In this document: positions 29,431 through 63,962 of the stretch, one piece after another
Layout: each line of letters starts with the position of its first letter
Position numbering within the stretch: position 1 is the first letter of the stretch
Assembly (NCBI RefSeq): GCF_009914755.1
Contig: NC_060941.1
Origin: the human T2T-CHM13v2.0 reference genome, Homo sapiens
Direction: 5' to 3' (one strand)
DNA: 64,000 nucleotides
Position numbers and translations under genes: made by a program
Notes under the pieces: model-generated
Told to the model about the DNA's origin: nothing
Seen by the model: only the letters and a program-made list of their open reading frames with translations
Databases searched by the model: none

Positions 29431-29766
29431 GTTGCAGGACTCAACCCTCCACCCTCTTCCCCTCAATGCACCCTCAGGTATTAGAAGTCACTGAGTTCTG
29501 CAGCTGATCCTTCCTCCTTTTCCCTTGCATCTCTCAATATCTCCCACTGGGACTATTTCAATGGGCTCCCTGCCTCCAGTCTCACCTCCTCCACACAAAA
29601 AGCTTGATCTTATTTGATCCTCACAACATGCCTGCAAGCAAGCAAAATTGCAATCCTTATCCCTGTGTAAAGATAAGAAGGCCGGGCGTGGGCGCGGTGG
29701 CTCACGCCTGTAATCCCAGCATTTTGGGAGGCCAAGGCGGGTGGATCACCTGAGGTCAGGAGTTCA

Positions 29767-30360
<594 letters not shown>

Positions 30361-30958
30361 GGTCTAGAACACGATTCATGTACTGATTCCACAAACATTC
30401 ACTGGGTGCCAGGCGGACGGAGATACAGATTAATGATGAAATGACTCAGCCAAGGTCACACATCGCAAGCGGCGTAGATGGCAGAACCATATGTGCTCCC
30501 AAGGCCAGCGGCGCGCTCCCAGGACCAGACCATGGTTTCCAAGGCCTCTCCACTCTACCGAATGGGATGGCCTGGGCCTGGGCGCCCAGGAAGTGAAAAG
30601 CAAGGACCGGGAAAAGAGACCAACGCCAGCCAACAGACAGCTCACCGCCAATAGGGGCCGGGGGCGCGCGCGGCGTCACTCGCCGTGGAGGCCAGCGCGA
30701 GCACGCCCTGGGGAAAGTGGCGTGGCTAAGCCCTTCCGGAAGTGACGTCGGCTTGGGGGCGGTGCTCGGCGGTGGCGGAGCGCGGCCTGGGCTCGCGCTG
30801 GGCTCCGCGCGCCCCCCGCCCCCCTCTATGAGGCAGAGGCCGCGGCGGCCGTTAGCGCTGTCGCTCCGGGGGCCGCGGCGGGCGGGGCTCCGGCGGGGCC
30901 CGGCCTAGTCCCCACCCCAGCCCGGCTCCCAGCCGCCCGCCCTCCCTCCCTCTCCCCG

Positions 30959-31938
30959 ATGCAGGAGGCCGAGCTCCGGGATGGCGAGGCGGCGGCGGCG
31001 GCCGCTTCGTACCGCGTCCTGAGCCGCCTCCTTGGCTATGGAGAGGCGGCCCCCGAGCCAGGCCCTCCGCCACCGCCCCCGGGCCATGGCCCCCCGCCGC
31101 CACCCTTCCTCGCGCGGCCCGGCCCGCGGGGCTCCCGGCCGCCGCAGCTGATGGTGTTCCGCAACGTGGGTCGGCCGCCGGAGGAGGAGGACGTGGAGGC
31201 GGCCCCGGAGCCGGGACCCTCGGAACTGCTGTGTCCCCGGCACCGCTGTGCCCTGGACCCCAAGGCCCTGCCGCCGGGCTTGGCGCTCGAGCGGACCTGG
31301 GGCCCGGCGGCTGGACTAGAGGCGCAGTTGGCGGCTCTGGGGCTCGGGCAGCCGGCGGGGCCGGGGGTCAAGACAGTCGGTGGGGGTTGCTGCCCGTGTC
31401 CGTGTCCTCCTCAGCCGCCCCCTCCGCAGCCCCAGCCGCCTGCTGCCGCCCCGCAGGCCGGGGAGGACCCCACGGAAACGAGCGACGCGCTGCTGGTCCT
31501 GGAGGGCTTGGAATCGGAGGCCGAGAGCCTGGAGACTAACAGCTGCTCGGAAGAGGAGCTCAGCAGCCCGGGTCGCGGAGGAGGAGGGGGCGGCCGGCTT
31601 CTGCTGCAGCCCCCAGGCCCTGAATTACCTCCGGTGCCCTTCCCGCTGCAGGACTTGGTCCCTCTGGGGCGCCTGAGTAGAGGGGAGCAGCAGCAGCAGC
31701 AGCAGCAGCAACCTCCCCCGCCCCCGCCTCCTCCCGGGCCCCTCCGGCCACTCGCGGGTCCTTCTCGGAAGGGCTCCTTCAAAATCCGCCTCAGTCGCCT
31801 CTTTCGCACCAAGAGCTGCAACGGTGGCTCCGGCGGTGGGGATGGGACCGGCAAGAGGCCTTCTGGAGAGCTGGCTGCTTCAGCTGCGAGCCTGACAGAC
31901 ATGGGAGGCTCTGCGGGCCGGGAGCTGGACGCGGGGAG
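30959..31938 (+). CDS. SOCS7: SOCS7 exon 1 coding part (MQEAELRDGE...; second in-frame start MVFRNV at 31151)
   Basis: Pro-rich ORF with Q8-P8 tract and RKGSFKIRLSRLFRTK; donor AG|GTGAGA. Confidence 0.93.
31688..31735 (+). repeat. (CAG)7CAA polyQ followed by an 8-Pro tract, coding
   Basis: Read directly from the sequence. Confidence 0.95.
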
Positions 31939-32436
31939 GTGAGACCGGCCGGGGGCTGGCCGACAAACTTCCTTTTCTTGTTTGGTTTCCCTTTTTATCT
32001 ATTGCTATCGCGATCCTGACAGTTCTTAAGATAGGGTCTTCAGGAGGAGGCAGAGACTTGGGACCAAAGGTGGTAACATCTCGCATAAGGTCAGCGCTAA
32101 TTGTGGAAACAGCTTTCACTCTTAAAGAGTGCACACTCCGTGACACTTCTCAGCTGGTTTGCATCTGTCTTGTTGGAAGATGGTTTCAGACCATCCTCCC
32201 ATCCCCATCCTGGCATGGCTTTTTAAGTTTTTCCAAGGCGGCTGTGTGCCATTGTCCCTGGAAGGGAGATTGCTGGAAGTGTTTGGCCTTTGGGGCAAAA
32301 AGCTGGTGTTGCACCTTGACCGCCTTGCTTATTCTGTGTACCAGCACCGCACCTCCCTTCACACTCATGCATGCAAATGACAGGAGAATCTTCAAATGCA
32401 ATTGTAGGCCAGCAATCAATTGGACACCTCTATTCA

Positions 32437-42540
<10,104 letters not shown>

Positions 42541-43657
42541 TCACTGATGACTTTTAGAAGAGCTTTTCTGTTTATCTTAATTAGTATTCAAGAGCTTTGT
42601 AAAAAAACTGTGTATTTAGGTTCTGAAAGCCCAGTTTCCTTTGGTAGATATTGGTCACCTCATTTTCTTAACGGGGAAACATTTAAAATACTAGCTGAGG
42701 GGCTCATTCAGCCCTGAATTAAAAAAAAAGGTGTTGGAAGGAACACCGTAAGGGCTAAATTAGAGAAATCCTGAGTTCTGACTTGTGCATCAGGCCTGCC
42801 AAAATAACCGTATTCCTGGCTATCAGCTTGTGTTCATATTAATAAAATACCTTTCATCCTCTCGTGACTCAAGTGGAGAGGGAATAGACAGAGTTGGGTG
42901 GCAAGGAGTATTGTATATGGCAGGGAACAGAACTGCATGACATGCTGGGAAGAAGAGAGGCCATGTGCCTCCTCCCACCAAGTTCCTATGGAGAAGCTGC
43001 CTCTTAGATTACCTGACTTTTGTCTGACTGTGAAAGTAGTTAATTTTTAGGACTATAAATTGTACTTTCAGCCTTTGTAGCCTCAGCTGTTAAGAACAGA
43101 TATCTTATTCAGGTAGATTCTCTTATGTGTGAATACTCTGGAAAATCAAGATATGGACTGCCCTCTAGGAAGAAGTTAGGACTAACATTGGGAACTTTAT
43201 CTGCATTCAGCTTACCGTACAGTTCTTAGGTTTTCTGGCCCTTGCTTTCCATGTCTGTTTGGGCATATAACAAGCCACTTGGCTTGCTTCCTAAGGCAGA
43301 AATTGATACACAATTCTGAAAAAATAAATGGTATGGGTTCTATTGGATAAAGAAGACCCCTTGTTTGAGGGTACGTTGTAAGTCAGTGGCGGAACCAGAA
43401 TTAGATGGTTTTTCCACTGTCAGTCCCATGGTTTTGTCCTAAAGAATCCTTGACCCTTAACAGGGCAAAGGAATGATAGAATTTAAAAATTGACTTCCTG
43501 GTGTTGGGGTGATTTCAGCCCTGGGGGCATTAGGTTTTGAGCTTTCTGAGAGCAGCAGACCCCCAGCCTCGCCTGCTTGCCCTTTGCTTCCCTTTGCTTT
43601 CTGCATCAGCTTTGGGCAAGGCGCTTCTGTAACTTGCTTGCTCCATGAATCCCTCAG

Positions 43658-43762
43658 GTGAAACTGTGTCGCTTGTGGATGTGGACATTTCTCAGCGGGG
43701 CCTGACCTCTCCACACCCTCCAACTCCCCCTCCTCCTCCGAGAAGAAGCCTCAGCCTCCTAG
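43658..43762 (+). CDS. SOCS7: SOCS7 exon 3 (ETVSLVDVD...PPTPPPPPRRSLSLL)
   Basis: AG/GT boundaries, 105 nt, phase 1-1. Confidence 0.9.
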
Positions 43763-44213
43763 GTATAGTTTCTTCCCCTCTCCACCTTCTTGCCTAGTGG
43801 GAGGGTGAGCTCCAGGGACTTGTTCTTTGCTGGGGGCCGACCACGCTTCTGGGTTTCCGATGATGACTCAATTATTTCCCAGCTCTTTCTCAGCACCCCG
43901 TCATCTCCCTAAGCAATTAAATGGGTCTCACCCGCATGCTGTAATACTTACTATACATATATTAATTCAGTTTACATTTATCTTGCCTTGAACCCACTGC
44001 TATTGGGCTGCATTAGGAATATCCTTACTACCCTGCTTTCCAAAAGCAAAACAGAGTAAGATGATTGTTGCCCTCTGTGCAAAAAGACTGGGTGAAGGTT
44101 GGGCCATCCTGCCCCAGAGGGCAGCCTGATAGTCCTTCTCCCTCTCCTCTGCCTTCAGCGTGCTCATTCTGTGCTCACATTTCTGAACCTCTTGCTTTTG
44201 TTCTCTCTTCTAG

Positions 44214-44315
44214 ATGATATCAGTGGGACGCTGCCTACATCTGTCCTTGTGGCTCCGATGGGGTCTTCCTTGCAGTCTTTCCCCCTACCTCCGCCTCCTC
44301 CACCCCATGCCCCAG
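44214..44315 (+). CDS. SOCS7: SOCS7 exon 4 (DISGTLPTSV...LPPPPPPHAP)
   Basis: AG/GT boundaries, 102 nt, phase 1-1. Confidence 0.9.
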
Positions 44316-45192
44316 GTTAGCTTAGTTTAGAGGCAAGACTTGTAAGAGTTGGGAGTACAAAGTGATACTTTCTACCATAGAAGGATGGGAGAAATCTATT
44401 TATGGAAATAACAGCTTAGTAGAAAGTTTAAATCTTTTCCCCTTGGCTGGACCAGACTCCTTAGAAATGAGGCGGAGAACTGGTTTTCCTAACCCGTTTT
44501 CTTTATGGAGGTCAATCTGATTTTTGTTAGGGATGAAAGACTACTGAATTTTTCATCAGTCTTTGCTGCTGAGACTGTTTTGCAATCCTTGAGTAGATAT
44601 CACTTAAGAAACTGCCTTAATTTCAGGATAGTGAGGTTTAATATGTTGGTGGTTTTCAGCATTCTATGGTTTTTCTAAGCTTTTAGTATTTACTGCAGCC
44701 TTGTAAATAAGTACCAAGCATTTAGCAGCCCATACCTGCTTTGCCAGCTTACAGTACCCAAGGAATAAAATGAATGAAATCAGCATTCTTTTCTACTTGC
44801 CTGGCAAAATCATTACTCTTCCTGGGCAAGTAAGCGAGTCACTATTTCCAAGGCTGCCTTATCGGCACTTCACTTCGAGGTGGGAGAAGTTGGAATCGCT
44901 CTAGGCTGGTGAAGCCCCTGAAGTAGTCACCTTAGTAAGGTTAGTGAGCAGCTCCCCTCCCCCTTTCTTGGGGTCAAGTGCCCCCACCCATCCTTCACAG
45001 CTTACACAAGCCCACACAGCTTTTTGTTCCAGCCCATCCAGCTCTTTGCCACTGCTTTGGCTTCTACCCTTTCCAGCTTAGCTTCTAATGCCTTGCCCTC
45101 TTCAGTTAGCATCCTCTGTTTTTGGGGGAGGGTCTATTTGTGGTTGGGAGCAGTGAGGGTAAACAAGTGACCACCACTGTCTTGCCCTGCAG

Positions 45193-45323
45193 ATGCATTT
45201 CCCCGGATTGCTCCCATCCGAGCAGCTGAATCCCTGCACAGCCAACCCCCACAGCACCTCCAGTGTCCCCTCTACCGGCCTGACTCGAGCAGCTTTGCAG
45301 CCAGCCTTCGAGAGTTGGAGAAG
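45193..45323 (+). CDS. SOCS7: SOCS7 exon 5 (AFPRIAP...SLRELEK)
   Basis: AG/GT boundaries, 131 nt. Confidence 0.92.
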
Positions 45324-45389
45324 GTAGGTGGTACCTAAGGACTGGCAGGTCACTTCTCCTCCCATTAGCTAAATTCTGTATTCGGACAC

Positions 45390-50625
<5,236 letters not shown>

Positions 50626-50900
50626 TGGGTGATTCCTTTGGAATCTGGTGCTTCAGTTTTTTGAGTTTTTTCTTGTTTTATTTTTTTAAGTCATAGGAGT
50701 TCAGATTCCCTTTTCCATTTGGGATTTTAAAGTTTGAGGTGGGATCTTTGTAATATGTTGGCGTGGGGTTTTAAAGTTAAAGAAGGAAAGACTTAGATTT
50801 CTATTTTTTGCACTCAACACGCACTTGAATGAATGAGACCCACAAAACTGCTGTTCCTGTCTTTCCTCGACTATTCCATATGGTCTCTAAGAAGTATATA

Positions 50901-54579
<3,679 letters not shown>

Positions 54580-54591
54580 ATGTATGTAAAT

Positions 54592-55638
<1,047 letters not shown>

Positions 55639-55649
55639 ATATGTGTACA

Positions 55650-55978
55650 CAGTCATACACTGTTTAGCAACATTTTGGTCAATGATAGACTACATATATG
55701 ACAGTCGTCCCATAAGATTATATTACTGTATTTTTACTGTAGTTTTTCTATGTTTAAATGTGTTTAGGTACATGAATACTTACCATTCTTTAGAGTTGCC
55801 TCCAGTATTCAGCACAGTAACATGCTATACAGGTCTGTAGCCTAGCAGCAATAGGCTGTACCACATAGCCTAGGTATGTAGTAGGCTACACCATCTAGGT
55901 TTGGATAAGTACACTCTGATGTTCGCCTAATGATGCATTTCTCTGAACATATTTCTGTCATTAAGTAATGCATGACTG
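55650..55978 (+). mobile_element. Tigger3a (MER7/Golem) non-autonomous element
   Basis: CAGTCAT...ATGACTG TIRs followed by TA; internal match to recalled consensus. Confidence 0.8.
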
Positions 55979-56099
55979 TACCTATACTTAATATACATAA
56001 TAAGTACATCTATATAGAGAGAGGAAGCCTGTGATTTAAAGATTAATGTTCATACTCAGTGAACAATTTTATATCATTTTTTCTGATTTGAAATTATTA

Positions 56100-56328
56100 A
56101 AGGTTGAGTATCCCTAATCTGAAATCCAAAATGCTTAAAAATCTGAAACTTTTTGCACACTGACATGATGCTCAAAGGAAATGCTCATTGGAGCACTTTG
56201 GATTTCAGAGTTTTGGATTAGTAATGTTCAACTGGTAAGTATAATGCAAATATTCCAAAAATATGAAAAAATCCAAAATCTGAAACACTTCTGGTCTCAA
56301 GCATTTCGGATAAGGAGTACTTAGCTTG
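56100..56328 (+). mobile_element. Tigger4a (MER46/Zombi) non-autonomous element
   Basis: aggttgagtatccctaatc...taaggagtacttagcttg followed by TA. Confidence 0.8.
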
Positions 56329-56559
56329 TATTTACTTAACAAAAACCTTGTAAGACCTAATTTATGTCTTACAAAAGGCAACATCTTTTTACAGTTAACT
56401 GTGAGATAAGCAGGAACAGGTAGCTTCAGAGACCTTTGAGCCAGCTTGCCCCCAAACTGCCCTCCCAAAAGTGAGAATCATAGTTAAAATATTCAAACCA
56501 GCCTCTCATGTCTTCTGAAGTAAGTTTTAAAATTTTTACTTCTTAATTTTCCATGGCAG

Positions 56560-56688
56560 GAACCTTCAGCCTGTGGTGTCATCCCAAGTTTGAGGACCGC
56601 TGTCAATCTGTTGTAGAGTTTATTAAGAGAGCCATTATGCACTCCAAGAATGGAAAGTTTCTCTATTTCTTAAGATCCAGGGTTCCAG
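56560..56688 (+). CDS. SOCS7: SOCS7 exon 7, SH2 domain C-half (TFSLWCHPKFEDRC...FLRSRVP)
   Basis: AG/GT boundaries, 129 nt, phase consistent; gene continues beyond the window. Confidence 0.94.
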
Positions 56689-57738
56689 GTAAGGCTGTAC
56701 TTCTGTTAATTATTTAACTTAAGTTGGGTATGATCCAGTTTAGTGTCAAAAAACACCATCCCCACAAAAGGCCATGGTTAAGCTTTTTTTCCCTGGCTGT
56801 TGGAGCCACCACTCCTCTTACAGAGTCCCATGGTTAATCCCCTGCCTTTGTACATTAATCTCTCAGCATACTGAGGAGGAATCTTTGCTTCTCTAACCAC
56901 GTGAATGAGAAAACTGCTTCCACCTCTGATGTCCAGGCATCATGTGAACATTTGACATTTGGAGGTATCCCTGATCTAGGCATCTCAACATTTATAAGTG
57001 AAGCAGAAAGATGAGAGCTCTCAGGTCCTACCCATAGGAACGGGGAAGGTAGGAGAATGTTTACCAGAAAGGCAGGGGCGAGCGTCAGTGGGGCTCAGTA
57101 TGGCTAGGCGTGGTGGCTCATGCCTGTAATCCCAGCACTTTGAGAGGCCGAGGTGGGAGGATTGCTTGATCCCAGGAATTTGAGACCCCATCTCTTAAAA
57201 AAATAAAAAATTAGCCAGGCATAGTGGCACATGCCTATAGTTCCAGCTAGTTGGGAGGCTGAGGTGGGAGGATCACTTGAGCCCAGGAGGTCGAGGCTTC
57301 AGTGAGCTGTGATCATGCCACTGCACTCTAGTCTGGGTGATAGAGCAAAACCCTGTCTCCCCCAAAAAAGAAAAAGTAAGGGCCAAATCCAGTTGCACAT
57401 TGCACTCTGTTAGGAAGTATCTGCTGTGGGTTTGCCCATGTTGTACTAAACTTGCTGCCGAATAGTAAATACTTTGTTTTGTATCTTGCCATCCCTACCA
57501 TTGATGAATACAAGACCTCTCTCCATTTGGGAGCACTGGGCAGTTGCTATCCTTGCTGATGTGATTGTATAGTCTTCCTGCCCACTAAGTTAGGGAGGTG
57601 TCTGTATAATCTGTGGAGGGCAAGAGGGGATTGTTTGGAGCAATCTGCCTTTATAGTGTTGGGTAAGACAAAATGACACGGACATTAATATGAGGAACTT
57701 GTAAGATGCAAACAACTTAAGCCAGGCATGGTGGCTCA

Positions 57739-58215
<477 letters not shown>

Positions 58216-59361
58216 TCAGGAGGCTGAGGCGGGAGAATTGCTTGAACCTAGGAAGCGGAGGTTGCAGTGAGCTGAGATTGCGCCATTGCACTCCAGTCTG
58301 GGCGACAGAGCCAGACTCTTTCAAAAAAACAAAAACAACAAAAAAGAAACAACTTAAAATGAGAACTTCATGCTTTCCCATTGAATCAAATTAAGATTCT
58401 TGAACAGAACACCTAGAAATTGCTCTAAACTGTAGGAGCTCAGGGGAGCCTCAGGCAGAAGACTAGGAACAGGTTGAGCCAGGTGACAGGAATGTTTCTT
58501 GTAATCTTGGGGATTTGAATAAGGCATGACAGGGTGTGAACTGTATTAATTCTCACTTCATTTAGTTTTGCCTCAGTGCTGTCAACACAGTTGGGTCTTG
58601 TGCAGTTGACTTGCTTAAAGGGAAAAGTTAGATTCCTTCCTTATAGGAGTTGACTCTGCTTAGCAGTTTTTAAAGTTTATGGCTTTTTGGGGGGTTTTTA
58701 TTTAACAAACATTTATTTTGTAACTTAATTATCAAAAATAAGCTACCTTTCTGCCTTCAGAGAAGTCATAGTCTAAAAGAAGGGACAGGAAGGAAGACAA
58801 AGGTCAGAGCACATGTTCAAGTCAGTATAAAGCATGTGGTGGTAACCAGCAAGAGTAGGGTAGTCAGCTCTGCCTGTGGACAAGCCCGGGAAATCTCAAA
58901 GAAGATTCTGGACTCTGGAACATCACTCTATTTGTAGAATATTGAGAAAACTTCGTGGAATATTGGACTCCTCAGATACAGCTTATTTCATTGTACAAAT
59001 GTACCCTGTCTGCAGATATTTTAACCAAGATTCTTAGCATTGTATTAAGGGCTAGAGTGTGTAGTGTTTGCAACTATTAATATTGAGTGCCTGTTAGATG
59101 CCAGGTACTTGGCCAGGCTCTTTATTTAAATATATTGACATTTTTACAACAACCTCAAAGTTAGGTAATATAGATCAATCTATTAAAATAATATGGCTGG
59201 GCTCGGTGGCTCACGCCTGTAATCCCATCACTTTGGGAGTCCGAGGTGGGTGGATCACCTGAGGTCAGGAGTTTGAGACCAGCCTGACCAACGTGGTGAA
59301 ACCTCGCCTCTACTAAAAATACAAAATTAGCCAGGTGTGGTGGTGCACGCCTGTAATCCTA

Positions 59362-59727
<366 letters not shown>

Positions 59728-60792
59728 TTAAAAATAAAATAATACATGAGACTTCATTTTGCCAGTGAGGAAACTGAGGCTGAAGCTCAAAAGTTAAGTT
59801 ACTTACTCTAAAGGTAACTCGGTTGATCAGTGCTGAAGCCAGAATTCAAACCTGGGCTTGACTACAAATCCTTGACTTTATTTCCCACCGGTCTGTTATT
59901 GGAAGAGGTAGTAGTAATCAGATTGAAAGTTTGCTGGCATTTGTGGAAACTACCTAAAGAAGGTAGAACCATGTTTACTGGGGGCAGGAGGGTGCACATG
60001 CTCCAGTTGAATATCTGTGTATACTTAAAATTGTAATCAAGTTGAGAGGGCAAAGCAGAGCTATTGCCCCTCGACCCTAAGTGACCTCTCTTTGAAGGAT
60101 AGGGCCAAAGAAGACAAAGCCTTTACCACTGTTTGCTGCCCTCTTTTGCTTATAAAGGGGAAGGCATTATATAAGCTTGATTTTATTAGAGGAGACTATT
60201 AGGGTGAGGAAGAGGTAGGTATTAGCATTTAGGTTGAGCTCTGTCAGTCTGCGTCAGGGATTTTAACTTGATCGATTCAGAAAGGAGGCTGTGTGTTCAG
60301 ACTTTGGAATGATGACAACTGAACACCTACAAGGAGCCAGGTGTTATTCCATTTAACCAAGTGTTACCCTTTGAGGGGATAGTACCGTCTCCTTTTTATT
60401 TTTTTTCTTTTTGAAAAAGCAAAAGAAACTGAGGTCCAGTGAGTTGCAGAACCAGGATGAGATCTCAGGTTTTTCTGGCTCAGATCCCAGAGCTGGATGC
60501 AGTAGGAGGGTGTTAAGACTGGTATCAGGCTTGGCGCAGTGGCTCACGCCTGTAATCCCAGCACTTTGGGAGGCCAAGGTGGGCGGATTGCCTGAGCTCA
60601 GGAGTTCAAGACCACCCTGGGCAATATGGTGAAACCCCATCTCTACTAAAATACAAAAAATTAGTTGGGCATGGTGGTGCACATCTGTAGTCCTAGCTAT
60701 TTAGGAGGCTGAGGCATGAGAATTGCTTGAGCCCCAGAATTGGAGATTGCAGTGAGCCAAGTCATACCACTGCACTCCAAAGACTCTGTCTC

Positions 60793-60823
<31 letters not shown>

Positions 60824-61078
60824 AAAAAAACTAAACCCCTAACACCAGACAGCAGTGAGAGTGTGACTGATGTCACACAAAACCTCTGATCCTATTAGAG
60901 CCAGGCTAAAAGCAAACATACCCTTTTTAATTGAGAGAATCTTCATCTGTAAAGTTCGTGAAGAAAAAAATATCTTTAAAAAATCATGCTTTGATCAGGC
61001 TTGGTGGCTCACATCTGTAATCCCAGCACTTTGGGAGGTAGAGGTGGAAGGATTGTTTGAGCCCAAGAGTTCTAACTA

Positions 61079-61599
<521 letters not shown>

Positions 61600-61729
61600 T
61601 GAGATTACAGGCGTGAGCCACCACGCTTGGCGGAATTGGACAGCTCTTTAAGGAAATTGGTTACTTCCTCTTTTGTAACCCTTGTTAAGTTTATAATTAC
61701 TTGTTCAGTGACATGTCTTCCCTGTTTAC

Positions 61730-61928
61730 CAGGGTTTCTCAGCTCTGCATTATTGACATTTTAGGCTGGACAGTTTTTTGTTGTGGGGTCTGTCCCGTGT
61801 ATTGGAGGAAGCCCTAGCTTTTGCCCACTAGATGCCAGGAGCACTCACCCCCACCCCAAGCTGTGACAATCACATTATGTCTCCATATGTCCCTGGGGGC
61901 CAAAATCATCCCCAGTTGGGAAACATTG
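61730..61928 (+). mobile_element. MER20 (hAT-Charlie)
   Basis: cagggtttctca...attgacatttt...cccactagatgcca...ccccagttgggaaacattg. Confidence 0.75.
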
Positions 61929-61939
61929 TTATATACCAT

Positions 61940-62180
61940 AGGGGTTAAAAAGTACAAGTTCTGGATCCAGAGCACCGAGTGCTACCCCAGGTCCTGCCAG
62001 TTACTAGCTCTGTGATCTTAGGCATGAACTGAACCTCTCTTGCCTCAGTTTCCTCAACAGTAAAATGGGGATGATTATAGTACCTCACTTATAGGGTTGT
62101 TTTGAGGAATGCAAGAGTTAACTCATGTAAAATATTTAAGACAATGCCTGACACAGAGTAAGCACTCAACAGATGTTACT
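61940..62180. mobile_element. MIR
   Basis: tgcctcagtttcctca..gtaaaatgggg core. Confidence 0.75.
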
Positions 62181-63668
62181 TTTCTCAGTGCTCTCTAAGA
62201 TGTAGGTGCATAGGAAGTGTTTAAGGTGGTATCTCTGGTGTTCTCCTGGCCCTATAAAGGTGGTACCCAAGATAATATGTGTTGAATGATACTCTGGGTG
62301 GCCCCTCAGATATCCTTGTGATATCCTTTGAGATGCCCTTTGTCGTTATTTTATCTTACCTGTCTGATTGCCAGGTCATCCAGAGCAAGAACTGTCTTTC
62401 CTTAGCTCTATATTATTTTGAGATGAAGTCTCACTTTGTTATGCCCAGGCTGGAGTGCAGTGGCGCAATCTCGGCTCATCGCAACCTCTGCCTCCTGGGT
62501 TCAAGCAATTCTCCTGAGTAGCTGGGATTATAGGCGCCCACCATCACGCCCGGCTAAATTTTTGTATTTTTTAGAGACGGGGTTTCACCATATTGGTCAG
62601 GCTGGTCTCGAACTCCTGACCTTAGGTGATCCACCCGCCTCGGCCTCCCAAAGTGCTGGGATTACAGGGGTGAGCCACCGCGCCCAGCCTGCTCTATATT
62701 ATTTTGTATATTAGAACACTCAAACATTTGCTGATGAGATATTAGACATACTCAGAAGAGGTTATTTCACTTACGCTTGTGAAAGAAGCCAGGAGTCCTT
62801 TCCTGGGGATTTGTGACCAGTGTCTCTGAGCATCTCCCCAGTAAGCGGTTCGTCCTTGTTTTATAGGTACAGAGTCATGCCACTGATGGGGCTCCCCTCC
62901 TTGCTCTGGCTGCATGACCCCCTTTAGCAACACCGTAAGACTCCCTTGAGGATATTTGCAAACTAGACTTATTCCTGGCTTATTACCTGCTTTATGTTTA
63001 TTTGTATGGTGTGCAGAATGGTGTAATAAACCCTGTGTATCCATCACCCAGCCCCAGCAACCATCAGCCCATGGCCACTCCTGCCCTGTTTGTATACCTG
63101 TCCACTTCTTCATTGCATATTAGTGTTTAGTGTTTAAATATACTTTTGTTTTGTTTTGTTTTGTTTTGAGACAGGGTCTCACTCTGTCACTCAGGCTGGA
63201 GTACAGTAGTGCAATCATGCCTTGACCTCCCAGGCTCAAGTGATCCTCCCACCTCAGCCTCCCAAGTAGCTAGGACTACAGGCATGGGCCACCATGCTCG
63301 GCTAATTTTTCAATTTTTTTGTTGAGACAAGGTGTTTCTATGTTGCACAGGCTGGTCATGAACTCCTGGGCTCAAGTGATCTTCCCTTCTTAGCCTCCCA
63401 AAGTGTTGAGATTACAGGTGTGAACCACCATGCCCAGCTTCTTTTTTTTTTCTTTGAGATGGAGTCTCCCTCTGTCACCCAGGCTGGAGTGCAGTGGTGC
63501 GATCTCGGCTCACTGCCACCATCCACATCCCGGGTTCAAGTGATTCTCCTGCCTCAGCCTCCTGAGTAGCTGGGATTACAGGCACACACCACCACACCTG
63601 GCTAATTTTTTAATTTTTAGTAGAGGCAGGGTTTTACCATGTTGGTCAGGCTTGTCTTGAACTCCTGA

Positions 63669-63962
<294 letters not shown>

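Larger units (their letters stand above)
30500..31990. promoter_or_regulatory. SOCS7: SOCS7 CpG island and promoter
   Basis: Very GC/CpG-rich; CCAAT ~30648; CCGGAAGTGACGTC (ETS/CRE) at 30736-30749; GC boxes at ~30812 and ~30880. Confidence 0.9.

Noticed and set aside
30852-31902. Antisense ORFs (83-163 aa, poly-Gly/poly-Cys) over SOCS7 exon 1
   Set aside because: Reverse-complement artefacts of CCG/CAG-rich sequence with few stop codons
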